NCBI RefSeq assembly: GCF_018977255.1
Contig: NW_024704742.1
Span: forward strand, 138,572,001-138,636,000
Length of the DNA: 64,000 bases
From: Callorhinchus milii
Lineage: Eukaryota
Direction of reading: 5' to 3'
Position numbers and translations under genes: made by a program. The notes under the pieces are model-generated. The model was not told the DNA's origin. It saw nothing but the letters and a program-made list of their open reading frames with translations, and did not search any database. How positions within the stretch are numbered: position 1 is the stretch's first letter; every line of letters starts with the position of its first letter. Of this stretch, positions 38,800 to 51,668 are shown piece by piece.

Positions 38800-41700
38800 A
38801 CAGCGGACGGCAACTCAGAGCGCTTCATAGCAACGGATCCCGGGGCCGAGCCAGGGGGAGGGGGAAAACTTCGAAAAGAAAGGTCTTCAGCCGAGACCTG
38901 AGAATAGGAAGAGAGGAGACGAGGGGAGGGGAGTGAGGAAGGAATTCCAGAGCCTCGGGGCACAGTGGCTGAAGGCACGACCGCCAAGAGTAGAATGGAG
39001 GACTCGGGGAACGAGGTGGAGGCCAGACCCAGGGGAGCGAAGAAAACGGACACTGTTGGGGTCGGGGGGGGGGGCAGAGGAGTGGAGGGATTTGAAGACG
39101 AGGTGAGGATCTTGAAGTGGAGATCTTGGATGACCTGGATTTTATGGATGGTCGTAGAGGGGAGGCCGGTGAGGAGGGCTTTAGAGTAGTTCAGCCGAGA
39201 GGTGACAAAGGCCTGGACCAGGGATTCAGCGGCTTTTGGAGTGAGGTATTGGTGGAGTCGGGCGATGGGTCGGAGGTGGTAGAAAGCGGTGCTGGTGAGG
39301 GACTGGATGTGGGGGAGGAAGGATAATTGGGGGTCGAACCTGATCCCTGGGGTTGCGTACGTGTTCGGAGAGTTTTAGGGGGAGGTCGGGTCGGTGGAGG
39401 AGGTGAGAACCGTGAGATTTTAGACGTTGACGAGAGCCAAAGAGTATGGCTTCCGTCTTGTCAACGTTCAGCTGAAGGAAGTTTGCGCTCATCCAACCCC
39501 TGAGATCTGACAGGAGAACATCAGGGGACTGGGGGGCGCAAAGAGAGGTGGACAAATAGAGTTGGGTGTCGTCCGCGTACATGTGGAAGTGTACCCCATG
39601 TCTGAGATGACATCCCGAAGAGGGAGCATATAGATCAGAAAGAGGTGACCGGATGAGAGCGGGAGAGGAGAAGCCGTTGGTGCAGATGTACAGTGGCGGT
39701 TTGTGAGGTAGGACTCGAACCGGGCGAGTGAGGTCCCACTGAGGTGGATGACGGAGGAAAGGCGGGGGAGGAGGATGGTTTGATCGACTGTGTCGAACGC
39801 GGTAGAGAGGTCCAGGAGGACAAGGAGGCAGAGGGAGCCCTGGTCATAGATAGAGAGGATGGTGTTTGAGACTTTCACAAGCGCAGTCCCTGTACTGTGG
39901 GCGGAAACCGGACTGGAGGAGTTCGAAGAGGGAGTGGGAGGAGAGGTGTCCGCGGAGTTGATTGGCAACAACGCGTTCTAGGACTTTGGTAAGGAAGGGC
40001 AGGTTAGAAATAGGGCGGTAGTGGCTGGGGTTTGAGGGATCGAACGAGGGTTTTTTGAGGAGGGGGGTGATGACAGCAGGTTTGAGGGGGACAGGGACTG
40101 ATCCGGAGATGACATCAGCCAGTAGTGGGCAGAGGAGGGGGAGCTGTGTGACCAGGGGGAGGGGGTCGAGGCAACAGGTGGTGGGTTTCATAGAGGTGAT
40201 GGTAAGTGAGAGGGAGGAGGGAGAGATGGGGAGGAGGGAATGTAGAATGGGGGTGTTGGTATGAGCAGATGATGGGGAGGGTGAGGGGGATGGAGAGGGG
40301 GTGGTGGTGTGTGACAAGAGGCAGGAGGATGAGGCTGTCTGGTAGATGTGTATTTTGGATGAAAAGAAGTTCATGACCTCCATGCACTTAGCATTTAATG
40401 TGAAGATTGAGGGGCCTGAGGGGGGACACAGAGGAGGTAGTGGGTGGTGGAAAAAAGAGCTTTGGGGTTGTGTTTAGCCTCCAAGATGATGTTGGAGTAG
40501 AAGCCATTTTTGCTCGTGTCAAAGAACGGCGGTCGCTGTGGAGATGCTCGAGCCACAGTTGGTGAACTGTCAGGACAGTTTTCTGCCATCTGCACTCGAG
40601 CAGCCGGGTTTGGGTTTTTAGGGAGTGGAGATGGTTGTTGTACCGGGGGATCGGGTGGGTTTGGAGATGGACCTGGATTTCAGGGGGACGAAGGAGTTGA
40701 AGGTGGAGGAGAGGCGATCATGGAGCAGCTGGACGGCAGCTTCAGGATCTCTGCGGGAGGAAGGCCAGAGGGATAGGATATTTGAGGATGTGAGGACCTT
40801 TGTGAGAGTCTCAGGGGGTAGAGGATGGTTGAGAGCTTGGTGGAGGAGAGAGGGATGTGAGAGGAGAAGGAGATGAGGAAGTGGTCCGAGATGACGTTGT
40901 CCAAAATGCTAAGATCAGGACTGTCAAGGCCGTGGGAGATGACGAGGTCGAGGGCATGGCCACGGTTGTGGGTGGGTGAGTTAATGTGAAGGGTGAGGTT
41001 TAGGGAAGAGAGGAGGGCAGTAAAGTCAGAAGTGGTGCAAGGGGAGTTTAGGTGGAGGTTGAAATCGCCCATTATGAGGAGGGGTTTGGAGCAGAGGGAC
41101 AGGGAAGAGAAGAGAGTAGCGATGTCTGTGTGGAAGGAGCCGGAGGACTTAAGGGACAGTAGACCAGGAGGATTTTCAGTGGGAGAGAGGGATGGAAGAG
41201 GGTGAGGTGCTCGAAGGAGGGGGTAAGCAGCCAGAGGAGTAGGGGATGAGACCAAGGGAGGCTTAGGAGATGAGGGCCACCCCGCCGCCATGTTGGTTTG
41301 GACTGGGGGGGTCTGGTGGAAGGTGTAGCCTGGAGGGGAGGCTTCCACTCGCGGGACGGGGTCATTGGGGGAAAGTCAGGTTTCTGTGAGCCCAAGAATT
41401 TCAAGGATGAGGTCATGGATGGTGAGGGCTTTGTTAGAGAGGGAATGGACCTTTTGGAGGGAAATGCAGGTGGGTTTGCTGAAGGGGGGGAGGGAGGAGA
41501 GAGTGATGCGGAGAGGATTTTGGGGGTGTACAGGAGATGTTTGTGGAGAGTGGGGGGAGTGGAGAGTTGGGGAGGGTACGTATGAGAGAGGGGGGAGTTG
41601 GGTTTGCCTTAAGGAGGCGGTTTGAGCGGAGGGAGTGAGTGATGGGACACGTGGGGTGGCTGCTCTGGGACAGCCGGTGCCGGGAGCCACGATGGGCCCA

Positions 41701-41950
41701 GCGGAGGATGCCCAGGCTGGAGCAGAGGGAAGTGGTGATGGGGTCGAGGAGAGAGGGCGGTGGGAGAGAAGGAAGGAGGGGGAGTAGCGGGTAAGAGGAG
41801 GGTGGGGAGGAGAGATGTTTGGAGTGGAGGGGGAGGGGGAGGCTCGGGTCGGGGCGGCAGCCAAAACTCGCACCAAAAGACCGGGAGTAAGCGATCAGTG
41901 GGATGGCATCAGCCGCAGACTGTGTGCTCATGGCTGGGGGCAGTGCCAGG
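38800..41950 (-). mobile_element. Near full-length L2 LINE of a different subfamily, disrupted
   Basis: [41 protein letters not shown] and MYADDTQLY motifs. Its 3' end differs from the commoner L2. Confidence 0.9.
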
Positions 41951-42019
41951 GGCTGCCAGGACATTGCTGTTGTTTTAATTCTGACTTGACACCAACATCA
42001 CTTTTGTAAATCAGCCTCT

Positions 42020-42990
42020 CACCCCCCGCGCTCCTCCCCACCTCCTCCCCACCTCCTCCCCGCGCTCGTCCCCACCTCCTCCCCACCTCCACCCCGCGCT
42101 CCTCCCCACCTCCTCCCCACCTCCGCCCCGCGCTCCTCCCCACCTCCTCCCTGCGCTCCTCCCCACCTCCTCCCCGCGCTCGTCCCCACCTCCTCCCCAC
42201 CTCCGCCCCGCGCTCCTCCCCACCTCCACCCCGCGCTCCTCCCCACCTCCTCCCCACCTCCGCCCCGCGCCCTCCCCACCTCCACCCCGCGCTCCTCCCC
42301 ACCTCCCCCACGCTCCTCCCCACCTCCTCCCACCTCCGCCCCGCGCTCCTCCCCACCTCCACCCCGCCTCCTCCCCACCTCCTCCCCACCTCCGCCCCGC
42401 GCTCCTCCCCACCTCCTCCCTGCGCTCCTCCCCACCTCCTCCCCACGCTCGTCCCCACCTCCTCCCCACCTCCGCCCCGCGCTCCTTCCCACCTCCTCCC
42501 CGCGCTCGTCCCCACCTCCTCCCCACCTCCGCCCCGCGCTCCTCCCCACCTCCTCCCCGCGCTCCTCCCCACCTCCTCCCCACCTCCACCCTGCGCTCCT
42601 CCCCACCTCCTCCCCGCGCTCCTCCCCACCTCCTCCCCACCTCCACCCCGCGCTCCTCCCCACCTCCTCCCCACGCTCCTCCCCACCTCCACCCTGCGCT
42701 CCTCCCCACCTCCCCCCCGGCTCCTCTCCACCTCCTCCCCGCACTCCTCCCCACCTCCCCCCGCGCTCCTCTCCACCTCCTCCCCGCGCTCCTCCCCACC
42801 TCCTCCCCGCGCCTGGCCGGGGGGGTGGGGTGGGGGCAGGCTGGGCAGCTCTGTGTGATGGGTGGGGTGGAGTGGGGGCAGGCTGGGCAGCTCTGTGTGA
42901 TGGGTGGGGTGGGGGCAGGCTGGGCAGCTCTGTGTGATGGGTGGGGTGGGGGCAGGTGGGCAGCTCTGTGTGATGGGTGGGGTGGGGGTG
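42020..42990. repeat. C-rich CCTCCCCACCT minisatellite followed by a G-rich roughly 37-bp repeat (4 copies)
   Basis: Direct inspection. Confidence 0.95.
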
Positions 42991-44049
42991 GCAGCAAGCT
43001 GGGAATTTTTTTTTGCCCACCTGGATATCTGACACACACAGAAACCCATCACAGTGCGTAAGTCTCCAAACCAAACTGGAGCCGAGGCTTGGGGGGAGCC
43101 CAGAGTGTGCGTTGGAGTAATTACTGGAGCCTAACCAACTAAAACCACACGGCTGTCTGGCCAGCTTTCCCGCTGCTTGTTCAGCTCGGACCACCCTCCC
43201 CGTTAGGGCTTTGCAGGGTGTTAGGGCAGTAGAGATGAGTGTGAAGCTCACACCTCGCAGTTCTGCCTGAGCTGTTCGTTTACTGCTGTAATGATTAGCA
43301 AAGCTCCTGTGTGTGGTCACTGTGTGATGTGGATACCAGCCTTCCACACGCTCAGCAACCAGCCCTCGGCAGGTCCCAGCACGCAGGCGCTCACTGATAC
43401 CCTGTGGGGAACAGTGTCCTGGCTTGTTCACTGTGACTACCAGCACTCACCCACAACGGTGAGCCAGTCTCTCGCAGTGAGCTTCAAACCGGCTGCCTCT
43501 TCACAGCGTCTCTTGGAGCTTCACAACAGCCCTCGCTCAGCAAGAGTCCCACCGGGGCAACTTTTGCCAGTTAACCGCTGTGAGACGTGTGCGTTAGATG
43601 CTGCATTGCCAGCAGAGACAATAATAATGCGGTCACTCAATCCACGACTGTGGGGCACTACTGTGTGGAATTGGCAGCCGCGTTTCGCCCACAAAGTACA
43701 CAGTCATTTCACTTAACAGCATATTCTGTGAAGAGCTTTGAGACGTCTCGACGACATAATAAGGCGCTAAATCAAATGCAAGGATTATATGATATATAAA
43801 CTAGCCGTACCCACTGCGGCTTCTCTTGCAACCAAAGGATTCAATATGGAATCTAGATTAACACCCAGAGAGACATTTTGTCTTTATCTATACTCAGCGG
43901 GGAGGATTCCTGTGGGAGGGCTCAGTGGACTTTGTTCTTCAGTTTCATTTTAAGAGCCTTCTCTCTTTTGTCTAGCATTTTTACTTATCCTTGAAAGGTT
44001 TGATTTTCGCTTGGGCCTCTTTATAAATGTAGAATTTATAATCACTCGG

Positions 44050-44815
44050 ATGTCCGCAACATTGCCAGACTCCGCCACTCAGCCCTCACCCACGCATTTG
44101 TCGCATCAAGGCTCGATTACGGGAACTTCCTGCTCATCGGCCTTCCCAACTCTTCCCTCCACAAGCTGCAGATCATCCCAAACTCTGCAGCTCGTGTACT
44201 CTCACGCACCAGGCTCCGTGACCCCATCACCCCCACCCTCGCCCGACCCCATCACCCCCACCCTCGCCCGACCCCATCACCCCCACCCTCGCACGATCCC
44301 ATCACCCCCACCCTCGCCCAACTCCACTGGGTTCCCATCCCCCAGAGGATCGAGTTCAAGATCCTTGTCCTCAACCCTAAGGCCATCCATGTCCTCGCCC
44401 CCTCATACCTCTCTGACCTGCTGACTCCCTACCAACCTGCCCGCTCCCTCCGTTCAGTGGGCTCCGGCTGCTCCATGTCTCCCGCCCGACCCGCCCTCCC
44501 ATCGGTGTCCGGNNNNNNNNNNNNNNNNNNNNNNNNNGCTTTCAGCCTCTCTGCCCCCACACTCTGGAACTCCATCCCACAGCCCCTTCGCCTCACTTCC
44601 TCCCTCGCCTCCTTCAAGGCCGGTCACAAGACCCTTCTCTTCGACTGTGCCTTTGGTCTCACTCCCACCTCTCTGCCTTCCCTCACCCCTACCCCACCCC
44701 TGCCCCATGTTCGGGTCCCGACACCTGACTCTCTTGGGACAGTGCCTTGGGACGTCCTCCCGACATGAAAGGCGCTCTATCAATGTCATTTTGTTGTTGT
44801 TGCTGTTGTTGTTGT
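44050..44815 (+). mobile_element. L2 3' fragment spanning the 25-N gap
   Basis: L2 C-terminal motifs and (TTG)n tail. Confidence 0.85.
44513..44537. other. Assembly gap (25 N)
   Basis: N run inside an L2 fragment. Confidence 1.
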
Positions 44816-44982
44816 CCTCCTGACTTAAAAGGCACTTTAAAAATAAAATTTTCCTGTTGTTGCCACGGCTTAGCTTTATGTGTATTCTTCTACAGTCTTA
44901 AGCCTAAGGTTTCTTTCCTCTATATTCCTGTCTTTTCTCTTTTTCTCTCTCCCGCTCGCTCTCTGTTTCTCCCTCTGTTCTG

Positions 44983-45300
44983 TGGAGTCCTGTAGCTCAG
45001 GGGTTAGAGCCCTCGCCTCACAAGCGAGAGGACCTGGGTTCGATTCCTGGCCAGGGTGAAACCTGAGGCAAGTTTCCTTACTCTACCCCTCTGTTTACCA
45101 GAACCTGGCTGTTAGTCGATTGACGGATCGCTTTTCAGGGGGTAACAATCCCTTCAAAATAATAATGTTGATTTGGTCATTCAATCCGTGACTGTTTGTG
45201 GGGACGCTGCTGTGCACAATTGGCTGCTGCGTTTCACCCAAAAAGTACAGTCAATTCACTTTACAGTATATTCTGGGAAGCGCTTTGAGACATCTCAAAG
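44983..45300 (+). mobile_element. tRNA SINE, long subfamily
   Basis: Head and body. Confidence 0.88.
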
Positions 45301-45439
45301 AATACCATAATCCTCGCATTTGATCACGTCATTAGGACGTCTCAGAAGAGGGTTAATGTGCGAAGTGTGGGAGGGAGACGATGATGGGGTTTCTGGCAAT
45401 CGGGCTGCGACGGAGAGAGAGCAAAGAACAGCAGCTGTC

Positions 45440-47050
45440 TGACACATACGGAAACCCTTAATACCCTGGCAAGTCAAGGGATACGGGGAGAAGGCAGGAA
45501 ATTGGAATTGAAAGGCTTAGTTGAGGTACAGATCAGCCATGATCTAATTAAACGGCGGAACATTGGACACAGGAGTGGTGCCCGAGGACTGGAGAGTGGC
45601 CAATGTTACTCCTCTGTACAAAAAGGGACAGAAGGACAAACCTGGGAACTCCAGGCCAGTCAGCCTGACATCAGTAGTGGGGAAACTCCTGGAGACTATA
45701 ATCCGGGACAGAATAAATCTTCACTTAGAAGAATATGGGTTAATTAGGGACAGCCAACACGGATTTGTTAAAGGCAAATCTTGTCTAACAAATCTAATAG
45801 AATTTTTCGATGAGGTAACGGAGAGGGGATAAAGGGAGTGCAGTTGATGTAGTTTATATGGACTTTCAAAAGGCATTTGACAAAGTGCCACATGAAAGAC
45901 TTGTAAGAAAGATAGAAGCCCATGGTATAAAAGGGACAGTGGCAGCGGATCCAGAACTCACTGGGAGACAGAAAGCAGAGAGTTGTGGTGAACGGCTGCT
46001 TTTCTGACTGGAGGGAAGTGTACAGTGGTGTCCCCCAGGGATCGGTATTAGGACCACTGCTCTTCTTAATATACATAAATGATCTGGACTTGGGTATAGC
46101 AAGTACCATTTCCAAGTTTGCGACGACACAAAGTTAGGGAGGGGGTAAACAGTGAGAAGGATAGGAGCCGACTGCAGGAAGACATAGACAGATGGTAAAA
46201 TGGGCGACACATGGCAGATGAGTTTCAATGTGGAGAAATGCGGGTAATGCATTTTGGTAGAAAGAATGAGGGGCAATATAGGCGGTAATACAATCTTAAG
46301 GGGGTGAAGAACAGAGAGACCTGGGGGGCAGGTAAATGAATCCTTGAAGGTGGCAGGACAGGGAGATAAGCTGTAAAAAGGGCATATGGGATACTGGGCT
46401 TTATAAATAGGGGCATAGAGTACAAGAGTCAGGAGGTTATGATTAACCCATATAAACACTGGTTAGGCCTCAGTTAGAATACTGCCTCAGTTCTGGGACC
46501 ACACTATAGGAATGATGTTAAGGCATTGGAAAGGGTACAGAGGAGATTTACGAGGATGGACCAGGAATGAGGGACCGTGATGATGAGGAAAGGCTGGAGA
46601 GGCCGGGATTATTCTCATTGGAGCAGAGAAGGTTACGAGGACCTAATAGAGGTCTTCAAAATCATGAGGTGGTTTGATAGGTTTGAAAGGGAAAAGAGTT
46701 TACACTGGTGGGCGTGTCGGTGTCACGAGGACTCAAATATTAAAATAGTCTCTAAAAGAAGCAGAGGGGAGGGAGAAGAAATTTTTCACGCAGCGAGTTG
46801 TTGAATCTGGAACATTCTGAAAGGGCGGTCAGGCCGATTCGATAACTACTTTTAAAAACGCGGTGGAAGGGTATTTGAGGAGGACGGGTTTGCAGGTTAT
46901 GGGGAAAGGTCTGGGGAGTGGGACTGACATTACATTGCTCTATTCACAGAGCCGCACAGACTCGATGGGCCGAATGGCCTCCATTTGTGCTGTACGATTC
47001 TATGATTCTATGAACAGGCTCGAAGGGCTGAATGGCCTCCTCCTCTTCCT
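45440..47050 (+). mobile_element. CR1 LINE RT-to-tail fragment
   Basis: VPEDWRVANVTPLYKKG...RPVSLTSVVGKLLE...[31 protein letters not shown]. Confidence 0.95.
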
Positions 47051-47059
47051 ATGTTCCTA

Positions 47060-47420
47060 GCCCATCACCATTGCTTAAGAGTCTCCAAACCAAACATGTC
47101 ATGCCATTCATCCCACCTACACCTGGAAATCCCAGAGATAGATTGTTGGAATGGAATGTGCGCTCTCTCTCGCTCTCTCTCTCTCTCTCCCCAGAGGGAG
47201 GCATTCTGTTTACTTAATTCCGGAGAGTATTAGGCACAGGTTGGCAAGAGCCAAGGCCTGGAGGGAGCCCAGAGTGTGTGTTGGGGTAACTGCTGGAGTG
47301 TAACCAACTAAACCCACACAGCTTGGCCATTGAGATCACTGTGTGGCCAACTTTCCCGCTGCTTGTCCAGCGAGGACCACCCACCCCGTTAGTTAGCGCT
47401 TTGGCTGTAGGGTTAACAGG
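47060..47420 (+). repeat. Unclassified dispersed repeat; copies at about 43020-43225(+) and 56530-56895(-), with 5' pieces at about 5560-5610, 34690-34780, 36785-36845 and 47835-47970
   Basis: Shared CCCATCAC..TGCTTAAGAGTCT.CAAACC ... CCCAGAGTGTG.GTTGG.GTAA.T.CTGGAG..TAACCAACTAAA.CCACA ... GACCACCC.CCCCGTTAG. Confidence 0.8.
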
Positions 47421-48074
47421 AGCTGAGGGGGAGGATTCCCTGCCCCCAGTGACTGGTCGGCCCTTCCAGGTCCTGACGATGAGGCCGGGCTGTGCTGTCA
47501 TCAGCAGGGACCTGGAATACTGCGGACCCACCTTGCTCAGCACACAGGGGGAAAAGAGAGAGAGAGGGGGTGGGGGGGGAATTGTGTCAGTCAGTTTCCA
47601 CCCCTCTTAAAAACATGAGAATTTTCTTGGCGAAAAAGACTAAGATCCATCTAATTCGCCTTCCACCATCCTGGAGGTCGCTTGACATGTCGTGTCCCAA
47701 ACTAACCCGAGAGAGAGAGAAAGAGAGAGATGGGGGTCGGGGGACAGCTGGAGAATGAGTGTGAGAGAGAGAGAGAGAGAGAGAGATGGGGGTCAGAAAG
47801 AGTGAGAGAAAGTGAGGGAGAACAAATGTTTTTAGTCAGTCAGGTATTTGAGACATGTGGAAACCCATCACTGTGCTTAAGAGTATTCAAACCAGACAGA
47901 GACACATATTTGCCACCTACATATGGTCTGGAATGGAATGCAAACCCTCGCTCTCTCTCTCTCAGAGGGACAGAGGCTGCTTACCACACAAAAAACTTAA
48001 CCTCCCCTGCGAGGGGATTGGAGTCTGTGTAAAAAAAAGGCTGCTTTCTCTTGATTACACAATGTCTCTTGCAG

Positions 48075-48105
<31 letters not shown>

Positions 48106-48199
48106 TAATAATAATCCTTGCATTTGGTATAGCACCTTATCAAGTCTTCGAAATGACTCGAAGCGCTTCGCAGAGTATACTTGTGAAGTGATCGTATAG

Positions 48200-49300
48200 T
48201 CAGCGCCTCCTCACCTCAGGCCCTGACAGCATCACCATCCCTGGGGCTCACTCCCCCTCACTGCGCCAGTCCCGAACCTTGGGGTCTGGTTTGACCCTCA
48301 ACTATCCTTTCTACCCCACATCTGCCCCATGACCCGCTCTGCCTCCCCCACCCCCGCAACATGGCCCGACTCCCCCACTGTCTCACACCGCAGCCCCCGA
48401 GACCCTCACACACCCCTCCATTACAGCCAGACTCCACTATGCAAACTCCCTCCTTGTCGGCCCCCAACCCCTCCCTCCACAGACTGCAGATCATCCCGAA
48501 CTAACTCTGCAGCCCGTGTCCTCTCCCCCACCCCATCACCCCCATCCTCACCCCCACCAGGCTCCCGACCCCATCACCCCCATCCTCACCCCCACCAGGC
48601 TCCCCACCCCATCACCCCCATCCTCACCCCCACCAGGCTCCCCGACCCCATCACCCCCATCCTCACCCCCACCCAGGCTCCCCACCCCATCACCCCCATC
48701 CTCACCCCCACCAGGCTCCCCGACCCCATCACCCCCATCCTCACCCCCACCAGGCTCCCCGACCCCATCACCCCCATCCTCACCCCCACCAGGCTCCCCG
48801 ACCCCATCACCCCCATCCTCACCCCCACCAGGCTCCCCGACCCCATCACCCCCATCCTCACCCCCACCAGGCTCCCCGACCCCATCACCCCCACCCTCAC
48901 CCCCACCAGGCTCCCCGACCCCATCACCCCCATCCTCACCCCCACCAGGCTCCCCGACCCCATCACCCCCATCCTCACCCCCACCAGGCTCCCCGACCCC
49001 ATCACCCCCATCCTCACCCCCACCAGGCTCCCCGACCCCATCACCCCCATCCTCACCCCCACCAGGCTCCCCGACCCCATCAACCCCACCGTCGCCCGGC
49101 TCCATTGGTCCCCATCCCTCAGGGATAGAATTCAAAATTCACGTCCTCACTTTCAAGCCCACCAGGCTCCCTCTGCTCAGCCTTCGGCTGCCCTCCTACC
49201 CACCCCTGCACTCCCTCACCCCAATCCTGCCCCCTCCCCCCAACACACTTTACAAAAGGCACTTTACAAAAGTAATGTTGTTGTTGTTGTTGTTGTTATC
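48200..49300 (+). mobile_element. Decayed L2 3' fragment with internal 39-bp minisatellite (about 48530-49090)
   Basis: Unit ACCCCCACCAGGCTCCCCGACCCCATCACCCCCATCCTC, about 14 copies, at the L2 PITP-L position. Confidence 0.85.
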
Positions 49301-49539
49301 AAACGTTCAAGGCGTCTCTAAGTGCTTCACAGTTGTGGAGTCCTGTAGCGTAGTGGTTAGAATATTCGCTTCGCAAGTGAGAGGAGTTGAGAGAGGGTGG
49401 AGGGGTGAGAAGCAGCCGTTAGAGGGAGAGAGAGAGCGAGAGAGAGGGGAAGGTTGACAGAGGGAGAGAGAGGGGGGATTGACAGAGGGAGAGTGAGAGG
49501 GATTGACAGAGGGAAAGAGAGAGAGGGATTGACACAGAG

Positions 49540-50155
49540 ATAATAATCCTTGCATTTGATATAGCACTTTTCATGTCTTCGCGACGTCTCAAAGCGCTTC
49601 ACAGAATATACTGTAAAGTGAATTGACTGTATATTTGTGGGCAAAATACGGCAGCCAATTGCGCACAGCAGCGTCCCCACAAACAGTCGTGGATTAAAGT
49701 CACCAATTTTATTACTGTTGTTTTTTTCTTGAGAGATTATTATCAGGCGTGTGGAGTAACGAAACTTGCCCAAGGTCTCGTCCTGCCGGGAATCGAACCC
49801 AGGTCTCTCGCTTGCAAGGCGAGTGCTCTAACCACAGAGCTACACTGTGGAGTCCTGTAGCTCAGTGGTTAGAGCACTCGCTTTGCAAGTGAGAGACCTG
49901 AGTTCAATTCCAGGCAGAGGGCGAAACCTCAGGCAAGTTTCCTTACTCCACACAGAGCCTAATAAATCCTCCAAAAAACAATAATAAATTGGTCATTTCA
50001 ATCTACGACTGTTTTGGGACATTGCTGTGCGCAATTGGCTGCCGCGTTGGCCCACAAATATACAGTCAATTCACTTACAGTATATTCTGTGAAGCGCTTG
50101 GGACCCTCCGACGTGAAAAGCGCTATATCAAATGCAAGGATTATTATTATTATTA
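49540..50155. mobile_element. Head-to-head pair of short-subfamily SINEs (49540-49844 -, 49848-50155 +)
   Basis: Junction ...CAGAGCTACA CTG TGGAGTCCTGTAGCTC... Confidence 0.9.
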
Positions 50156-50164
50156 CAGGACTGC

Positions 50165-51365
50165 ACAGAGAGAGATAGACGGGGGAGAGGGGGAATTGAC
50201 CGAGGGAGAGAGTGGGGGGGAATGACAGAGAGAGAGAGAGAGAGAGAGAGAGGGAATGACAGAGGGAGAGAGAGAGGGAATGACAGAGGGAGAGAGAGAG
50301 AGAGAGGGAATGACAGAGGGAGAGAGAGAGGGAATGACAGAGGGAGGGAGAGAGAGAGAGGGAATGACAAGAGGGAGGGAGAGAGAGGGGGAATGACAGA
50401 GGGGAGAGAGAGGGAATGACAGAGGGAGAGAGAGAGGGAATGACAGAGGGAGAGAGAGAGGGAATGACAGAGGGAGAGAGAGGGAATGACAGAGGGAGAG
50501 AGAGAGAGGGGGTGACAGAGGGAGAGAGAGAGAGAGGGAATGACAGAGGGAGAGAGAGAGAGGGAGTGACAGAGGGAGAGAGAGAGGGAATGACAGAGGG
50601 AGAGAGAGGAAATGACAGAGGGAGAGAGAGAGAGAGGGAATGACAGAGGGAGAGAGAGAGAGAGGGAATGACAGAGGGAGAGAGAGAGAGGGAGTGACAG
50701 AGGGAGAGAGAGAGGAAATGACAGAGGGAGAGAGAGAGGGAATGACAGAGAGAGAGAGAGAGAGAGGGAATGACAGAGAGAGAGAGAGGAAATGACAGAG
50801 GGAGAGAGAGAGGGAATGACAGAGGGAGAGAGAGAGAGAGGGAATGACAGAGGGAGAGAGAGAGAGAGGAGTGACAGAGGGAGAGAGAGAGAGGGAATGA
50901 CAGAGGGAGAGAGAGAGAGAGGGAATGACAGAGGGAGAGAGAGAAAGAGGGAGTGACAGAGGGAGAGAGAGGGAATGACAGAGGGAGAGAGAGAGAGAGG
51001 GAATGACAGAGGGAGAGAGAGAGAGGGAGTGAGAGAGGAGAGAGAGAGAGAGGGAATGACAGAGGGAGAGAGAGAGGGAATGACAGAGGGAGAGAGAGAA
51101 AGAGGAGTGACAGAGGGAGAGAGAGAAAGAGGGAGTGACAGAGGGAGAGAGAGGGAATGACAGAGGGAGAGAGGGAATGACAGAGGGAGAGAGAGAGGGA
51201 GTGACAGAGAGAGAGAGAGAGGGAATGACAGAGAGAGAGAGAGAGAGGGAGTGAGAGAGGGAATGACAGAGGGAGAGAGGGAATGACAGAGAGAGAGAGA
51301 AGAGGGAGTGAGAGAGGGAATGACAGAGGGAGAGAGGGAATGACAGAGAGAGAAAGAGAGAGGGA
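50165..51365. repeat. GA-rich satellite (GAGAGGGAATGACAGAGG variants) in AMPK intron 1
   Basis: Direct inspection. Confidence 0.95.
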
Positions 51366-51668
51366 ATGGCGGTTGTTGTTGTCTCGGGTTCCCGGCCTCT
51401 CCCCCGGGCCCTGACCCCCCCCGGGGCCTGACCCCCCGGTGGCCCCGGGCCCTGACCCCCCGGGCACTGACCCCCCCCCCGGCCCTGACCCCCCCGGGCC
51501 TGACCCCCCCGGGGCCTGACCCCCCGGTGGCCCTGACCCCCCCCCGGGCCTGACCCCCCGGTGGCCCTGACCCCCCGGGCCCTGACCCCCGGCCTGACCC
51601 CCCGGGCACTGACCCCCTCCCCCCCGGGCCCTGACCCCCCCCCGGGGGGCCGCGGCGGCCTCTCCTAC

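Noticed and set aside
41928..43446. Gly/Arg-rich ORFs of 340-475 aa
   Set aside because: C-rich minisatellite open in all frames.
47470..47510. CTGACGA hammerhead core candidate
   Set aside because: No properly placed GAAA box or stem III.
48329..49457. Mucin- or extensin-like Pro-rich ORFs
   Set aside because: 39-bp minisatellite inside an L2 fragment.
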